DNA of 64,000 bases from Selaginella moellendorffii. Lineage: Eukaryota; Plantae; Lycopodiophyta. Positions within the stretch are counted from its first letter, which is position 1; every line of letters begins with the position of its first letter. Made by a program: the position numbers and the translations under genes. The notes beneath the pieces were generated by a model. That model was not told where the DNA came from. It did not search any database and was given only the letters and a program-made list of their open reading frames with translations. The stretch is from positions 514,574 through 578,573 of the forward strand of contig NW_003314345.1 in the NCBI RefSeq assembly GCF_000143415.4, given 5' to 3'. This document shows, piece after piece, positions 57,833-64,000 of the stretch.

Positions 57833-58551
57833 ATGGCGTCTTTAGCCTCCGCCTTCTCGGGCCTCTCTCTCGGATCTTCGCGCTTCTCCGGCAGCGATGG
57901 CGCGCTCCAGCGCCGGAATCGATTCCTAACGGCGCCGGCGAGGCTGCCGCTCTTCATCCACGCCGCGCACAAGAAGGGTACCGGCAGCACCAAGAATGGG
58001 CGCGACTCGCAAGCGCAGCGGCTGGGCGTCAAGGTGTTTGGCAGCGAGACTGCCAAGCCGGGATCTATTATCATCCGCCAGAGAGGAACTAAGGTAAGAG
58101 CGCTCTCTCCCTCGATTGGATTGATTGATGGATTTAGCTCTAGAGAGGAAAAAGAAGCGCTAATTCTGTGTAGGCTGCCAGTTCCATCCAGGCAACAATG
58201 TAGGACTGGGAAGAGACTACACGATCTATTCCCTGATCGATGGAGTCGTCAAATTCGAGAGGCTCTGGCCTGACAAACAAAAGGTAAGTTCCTGTTCGTC
58301 GATTGCTCGCTCTCGAGGTTCCATAGCTTGTTCGATCTCTGTTCGTCCAGGTGAGTGTCTATCCCAAGATCGAAGTTCCCGAGAATCCCAACAGCAGGAG
58401 AGTGAAGAAGCGCGACCACTTTCGAGCGCTTCGCGTGAAGAGAAAAGCGAAAGAGCAAGCCAGAGTTGCGCGGCTCGTCGAGATCTACAAGAGACCAGCT
58501 CGATTCGCGCAGCCTCCGGCGATCGCTGTAACTTCAAAGCAAGACGAGTAA
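57833..58551 (+). CDS. RPL27: Plastid 50S ribosomal protein L27 (3 exons)
   Basis: Transit peptide, then [15 protein letters not shown]...RLGVK...[11 protein letters not shown] | [21 protein letters not shown] | VSVYP...ENPNS. Confidence 0.95.
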
Positions 58552-58706
58552 AGTTCTCACAGTTCTTATAAGAAGCTTACCACGGTCATAGTGCCGCGAT
58601 GTGTACAACCAACATTCCTGGTGGAAAGAAAGGAAGAACAAAAGGAAAAAAATTTGCATCTAGAAGAGATCCTTCTTACAAGTACATGGTTGCCGGATGT
58701 TATTCT

Positions 58707-60209
58707 TCACGCAGCAGGCTGCCTCTTGGCATTCGTTAAGCGTCGCCGCCTCTCCTTTTTGCGAAGAAGGCATTCTCCACACCAAGCGGAGAAATCCCTC
58801 TGATATTTTTTGAGCTCGCGGAACTCAGAGCTAGCAGAAAAAACGAACTTTTAGAACACTGCTCGCAGAAAAAACAATTTTTTTTCTTCACTCACCTCCT
58901 GCACCAAAGGATCAAGTTTGTTCTCTGGCCGGAAGTGATGGCTTTCGCACCGTGTCGATGGCGTCCGGCATGTAGGATTGCTCGGCCGGGGACGTGAGAG
59001 TATTCCAGCATTTCCTGCGGGTGATGCTCAATCAAAGATATCGAACTCGAGTGAACTCCTCGTACCTCCGAGCGAGCTTCTCCGTTGACGTGAGCATCGC
59101 ATCGAACACCGCGGAAGAACAACTCGCCGCCATCGAATTCCTTGCCGAGGCACACGTTTAGCGTAACTTCGGAGTCGTCCACGTGAAAACCTGAAGTAAG
59201 ACTCATGTCAAATGCTACAATTCATCACTTTCACTGCTCACCAAGATCGAGATCTCCCCCAATACTGTATTCCACCACAAAGCCATGGTGCGTGTCAAGT
59301 GTGGCACCTCCAACGTTAAAAAAGAGAACTGCGACAAAGACACGACTTAAGAAGACTGTAACCACAAATGTTCCTGACATACGTGCTGCAAACGGACGAA
59401 TAAACTTCATCATCAACTGGTCCAGCATCGTCTCCATGCCGATATCGTCCAGCACAGCTCCATAGTTGTTCATGGTGTTGGGCCGGAGCACACTAACTTT
59501 GACCTCGTGTGCCCACTTTTCAAAGTGCGCAACCTGCGGAAGAACAAAATTAAGCCGCAACTAAAACGATATGAGGTAAAACACACCTCCTCTAAGACTT
59601 TCGAGCAGAAGCCGGGCTGGAGCATGGTAAACGTAAAAACTCCCGGAGAATGCTCGGTAAGGATCTCCCTCAAGGCCGCCTCGGAGCCATTCTCGACTGC
59701 CTTCCTAAAAGGCTCCACAAAGATTTGATCCGGGTCTAGAGTGTAAAGATCCTCGTGAAGACGCTGCCAGCACAAGCTCAACTTTAGATCTCGGAAAGAA
59801 CAAACAAAAAAGGAACAGTACCTTATACTTATCCTTCACTCTATCCCTGTACTCTCGATGCTTCTGGATAGAATGCTGCGTAAGAAACCACGGAGATGAA
59901 ACAAAAACAATTTTTTACCCTGGCACGCTCTCCATTGGGACGATACTTGACGAGAACACGATCCATAAACGCGAGCTTCTTGTCCCTGGGAGCCGTGAGC
60001 ATATGCGAAGGGAGGTACTGCTCCATAGTGCTGTAAAGAGAGGGCGGGTACTCGATGTTGACGAGATCATCGTAGTTGTCCGGGGCGTGTGAGAGATTGG
60101 GCTCCTTGAGAAGGCGAGGAATCACCCGCTCCTTGCTCTCGTTGGCCAGGCCATTGGGATTGTGCTTCCTCTTGTTGTTGGGATGGGCATCGGCGGCAGC
60201 TTCGGCCAT
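58707..60209 (-). CDS. 2-oxoglutarate/Fe(II) dioxygenase, PKHD-type (ICU11/CP2-like), multi-exon
   Basis: RPNTMNNYGAVLDD, LDTHHGFVVEY, GFHVDDSEVTLNVCLG (HxD), HAGRHRHGA, RTNLILWCR, FRELKKYQRDFSAWCGEC. Confidence 0.9.
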
Positions 60210-60546
60210 CTCCCATACAATGCCTCCAAAACCCCAAAACCCTAATGATCGCACAGCGGGAAGATCAAGCCCGACCTAAGGAAGAGGAGGAGGGAGCGCG
60301 AGAGATCTCACCTTCGCACGCTACGCGCGCACGGATTTGAGCTCCAGAAGAGGAGAATCGACCGGAATGCGCGCAATCTCACTGAGCACGCGCCATGTCT
60401 GTCACCTCCCAAAAAATCCCAAATGCCCTAACCCTAGACACTTAAGAGCTCTGTTTTAAAAGCCACGTGGACAAGAGTTTCGTCTCAACGGTCGGATCGC
60501 TTTCCGTATATTTAGATTCCGACGGCCGGGATCCCCGCCGTACGCA

Positions 60547-60970
60547 CTAGTCGTCGTCTAGATCAATGTAGTTCGTGTTGGTCGCCACCAGGAACTCGCA
60601 GGGGTTGCCGTGATCGATGAAATTCGGCTCGAGGGCGTGCTGCTGATCGCTTGAATCGGTCTCCAGCAGCGATTCCCCCATGGGCGTGGAGATTTTCTCC
60701 AGCATTGCCACGCGATCTCTCAAAAATCTGACCAAAACAAGGATGTATCGATCACTCAAATCAAACCAATCGATCTAGCGACAGCCACCTGACTTCCGCC
60801 AGGAGCAATCGCTTGTTCTGCTTGGCGCGGCGGAGGAGCGCAGTGATTTCCAAGCTCTCCTGGGCGATCCATCCAGAATTTCAATGGATTCCATCATCGA
60901 TAGCGAAGAAGATCGATCAAACCTTTTGTAGCTCCGCGTACTCTTCCTCCAGCGTCGCGCATTTGTCCAT
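60547..60970 (-). CDS. Small coiled-coil protein of unknown function (3 exons)
   Basis: Spliced reading MDKCATLEEEYAELQK|ESLEITALLRRAKQNKRLLLAEVR|FLRDRVAMLEK... with in-frame GT-AG introns. Confidence 0.6.
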
Positions 60971-61045
60971 GGATGGATCTTTTTTTCTCCCCTTCTCCTT
61001 TTAAAAGCCCTAAAGGTATATGCGCGGGGAATCTAGGGCGGTCCA

Positions 61046-62055
61046 ATGATCGTCTCTCGTCGCCTTGCTTCTTCGTCTTCGTCTCTCCTCCACCAGGTAG
61101 GCGAGAGAGAGGGTTTAGGGTTTATGCTCCATCGATCTCTCCATCCATCGCGCTAGCTGATCCACATTTCTCTGTGCCGCTGCTAGTCATGGCGGAGCGG
61201 CGGCGGAGCGAGCGCATTGCAAGCGCGGCATGTCAAGAAGCTCCTCCAGGTCATTCTCACGGAGGTCTGTGCTCGATTCATCGCTCTTCTCCTTCGGTTT
61301 TGAGAGATTTCTTCGATTTTGGCAGCCCGTGGATCGGCTGGGGGAGGCTGGAGACATTGTCAAGGTTTCCGCTGGCTATGCGCGGAATTATCTTTGTCCA
61401 CAGCTCAAGGCCATGCCTGCGATCGAGAAATACGTTAACTTGGTCAAGCAAAATCTCAAGGTAGAAGAAGAAACACTGCTCATGTGGATTGATCTCTCCT
61501 TTTCTTTTTTCCAGTTCTTTCCACCAACAGTCGCCAAAGAGGACGAAGAACAAGCCGAGAGACAAAAGCAGGACAAGATCCAAAGGAGGGACATCGAGAG
61601 AATGCTCCATCGATTCGATACCCGTGGCCTGGTACATCCACTCTCTCGTTTCCTCATTTCTTTTTGTGTAAATCTTTTCCCAGGTTCTCTACAAGATCAT
61701 CAAGGATCCCACCACACTGCGATTCCCCGTCACTGCTCGCGACTTGGTACCCGAGGTAATCCAAGCACCACTTCCAAAAAAACTCTCATCTAAACCATGT
61801 ATGGATCGAAACCAGGTAGCGAGGCAACTCCAGATCGAAGTGGTGGAGCGGCACTTCGATCTCCCGGAGCCGCTCACGCAACTCGGCCACTTCCAAGTAC
61901 CAATCCGGCTACCACCCGACTTGCCACTCCCGGGAGGTAAGCGCACCATGTTCCTCAAAGTGAGAATTCGCAGGAAGAACTACCTCCACGACCGGGTCTA
62001 TCTCCCACCAAAGTATCCAAACGGTGCTCCTCCATCCAAGAAACCCAAAGACTAG
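61046..62055 (+). CDS. RPL9: Mitochondrial-type ribosomal protein L9 (multi-exon)
   Basis: Presequence MIVSRRLASSSS, LQVILTE|PVDRLGEAGDIVKVSAGYARNYLCP (bL9 N-domain), VARQLQIEV...LPEPLTQLGHFQVPIRLP. Confidence 0.88.
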
Positions 62056-62207
62056 AAATAAGCTCTCTCTTTTTTCTTCACATAAATCAAACCATATTAT
62101 TTTGATGATCAAAGCCACAACGTTTACAATGTTTAACGTTTAAGCCTACTATATGTTGATATCATTCATTCTATGATACCAAGCTTTTAGAAACTCCGAG
62201 CCATCGT

Positions 62208-63989
62208 CTAGTATCCCGGACCCGCGACTTCTCCTTCGTTCTCGCCATCGTAGCCGCCACCGCCACCACTGCCCGACCCCGACCCGGATCCATATCCACT
62301 GCCTCCATTTCCACCATAGCCAGATCCCGAGCCAGTGCCAGCGCCGGAGCCGGAGCCATAGCCACTCCCTCCATTTCCACCAGTTCCATAGCCAGAGCCG
62401 GAACCAGAGCCGGAACCGTAGCCACTTCCGCCACCATTTCCCCCGCTCCCATAGCCACTTCCAGTTCCAGAACCAGAACCATGGCCTTCGCCACCTTTGG
62501 CACCTTCGCCATAACCAGAGCCAGAGCCAGAGCCCGAGCCATATCCACTTCCAGCACCGTGTCCCGGAGCATATCCATCGCCACCTTTGGCACCCTCGCC
62601 GTAGCCAGAACCGGAACCAGAGCCCGAGCCATATCCACTTCCAGCACCGTGTGCCGGCGCATAGCCGTCACCACCTTTGGCACCTTCGCCATAGCCAGAG
62701 CCTGAGCCTGAGCCTGAGCCATATCCACTTCCAGCGCCGTGTCCCGGAGCATAGCCATCGCCATGTCCCGGAGCATAGCCATTGCCGTAACCAGAGCCGG
62801 AACCAGAGCCCGAGCCATATCCACTTCCACTTCCAGCACCGTGTCCTGCACCCGCACCAGAGCCATAGCCGCTTCCACTTCCAGCACCGTTTCCACTGCC
62901 ACTTCCACTCCCATAGCCGCTTCCACTTCCAGCACCGTGTCCCGCGCCACCTCCATAGCCAGAGCCGGAGCCAGAGCCACTTCCAGAGCCACTTCCATAG
63001 CCGGAGCCGGCGCCAGTGCCTTTACCATATCCCGAGCCACTTCCACTTCCAGAGCCAGCTCCATATCCGGTCCCAGCACCGTAGCCTTTACCGGCGCCAG
63101 AGCCGCTTCCACCACCGTAGCCAACTCCAGCGCCGAGTCCAAGCCCGGCACCCGAGCCACCACCTACGAGTCCGTCAACCACGTTGCCAACTCCGTTGCC
63201 TACATGGCGAGCAATGTCACCGAGCAGACCGTCGGGTTGAACGCCAGCAGTGGAAGCCGGGTGGCCGGGCTCGTGGTTCTCCGTGTGGATCCCACCAGTG
63301 TGACCAGGAATGTGGTTGTCCGTGTGAGCATCACCGTGACCAGGCTTGTGGTGCTTCGACGAGAAGTCCTGATGACCAGGCTTGTGGTTGCTTGTCGAAA
63401 CATCCGCAGCTACAGTGGCAAAAGATTGAGCGACGGCATCACCGTGACCGGGCTTGTGGTTCTCCGTATGAACTCCACCAGTGTGACCGGGCTTGTGGTT
63501 CTCCGTAGAAACTCCACCGGTGTGACCAGGCTTGTGGTTCTCAGTCGAAACTCCACCGGTGTGACCAGGTTTGTGGTTGTCAGTTGAAACTCCACCAGTG
63601 TGACCAGGCTTGTGGTTGTCAACGTGAACTTCTGGCTTGTGATTGTTCGTTGACGCGTCCGAGTGACCGGGCTTGTGATTTTTCGTTGACATCTCTCCCG
63701 CTGTCCAATACGGCGGTATAGCTGCGTCAGGCTTGTGGTTCTCTGTGTGAAACCCACCGGTGTGCCCGGGCTTGTGATTGTTCGTCGACACGTCCGAGTG
63801 GCCAGGCTTGTGATCATCTGGCTGGACCACGCCATGCCCGGGCTTGTGGTTCTTCACGGAGCCTCCAAACTCAGGGTGATCGTAAGAGTCTGCATTGCCA
63901 ACCAACGTCTTGTCGCGAGCTTCAGCAACCTGCAGGACGAGGATCGACAAGAGACAAGTTAGCACAACAATCGGCTTGAGTAGCTCCAT
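62208..63989 (-). CDS. Secreted repeat protein: 15 (N/D/H)HKPGH-type repeats followed by a Gly/Ser/Tyr-rich domain (593 aa)
   Basis: Signal peptide MELLKPIVVLTCLLSILVLQVAEA, single open ORF, STENHKPGHTGGV repeats, GSGSGYG/GAGSGS repeats. Confidence 0.88.
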   Translation of the reverse strand: MELLKPIVVLTCLLSILVLQVAEARDKTLVGNADSYDHPEFGGSVKNHKPGHGVVQPDDHKPGHSDVSTNNHKPGHTGGFHTENHKPDAAIPPYWTAGEMSTKNHKPGHSDASTNNHKPEVHVDNHKPGHTGGVSTDNHKPGHTGGVSTENHKPGHTGGVSTENHKPGHTGGVHTENHKPGHGDAVAQSFATVAADVSTSNHKPGHQDFSSKHHKPGHGDAHTDNHIPGHTGGIHTENHEPGHPASTAGVQPDGLLGDIARHVGNGVGNVVDGLVGGGSGAGLGLGAGVGYGGGSGSGAGKGYGAGTGYGAGSGSGSGSGYGKGTGAGSGYGSGSGSGSGSGSGYGGGAGHGAGSGSGYGSGSGSGNGAGSGSGYGSGAGAGHGAGSGSGYGSGSGSGSGYGNGYAPGHGDGYAPGHGAGSGYGSGSGSGSGYGEGAKGGDGYAPAHGAGSGYGSGSGSGSGYGEGAKGGDGYAPGHGAGSGYGSGSGSGSGYGEGAKGGEGHGSGSGTGSGYGSGGNGGGSGYGSGSGSGSGYGTGGNGGSGYGSGSGAGTGSGSGYGGNGGSGYGSGSGSGSGGGGGYDGENEGEVAGPGY

Positions 63990-64000
63990 ATGATCATGCA

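Noticed and set aside
62171-63587. 330-, 285- and 282-aa alternative-frame and antisense ORFs
   Set aside because: By-products of the repetitive Gly/Ser codons of the secreted protein.

Overview
Eukaryotic plant nuclear DNA, most likely a lycophyte such as Selaginella (inferred from GC-rich exons, 44-75 nt GT-AG introns, very short intergenic spacers and many PLS-type PPR genes and relics). The left ~38 kb is an accessory, TE-rich zone. It holds a family of ~194-bp LTRs carrying a 5S-rRNA-derived Pol III promoter core (Cassandra-type TRIM), seen as a TSD-bounded tandem array, a solo LTR, decayed copies, and one element whose 5S-bearing LTRs enclose a Ty3/gypsy gag-protease-RT fragment fused exactly at a second PBS. 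The same zone has a decayed Ty1/copia, two Crinkler/RHS-type NTPase + PD-(D/E)xK nuclease genes with similar coiled-coil header exons, an intact VFB/SKIP2-like F-box gene, and many gene fragments (ISPE x2, LCAT3/4, plastid PDH-E1alpha, F-box, PPR). The right ~26 kb is gene-dense: ELIP, PPR-E, FAM172/ARB2-like, GH3, an unknown coiled-coil gene, a SPARK-domain URK-2/ARK-like RLK, DUF3511, an At3g58690-like kinase, DUF1664, plastid RPL27, a CP2/ICU11-like 2OG dioxygenase, a small coiled-coil gene, mitochondrial RPL9 and a secreted His-repeat/Gly-Ser-Tyr-rich protein. The best candidate for an undescribed system is the Cassandra/gypsy chimera, which may identify the autonomous helper of 5S-carrying TRIMs. 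All family calls are by-eye motif recognition and no database searches were run.
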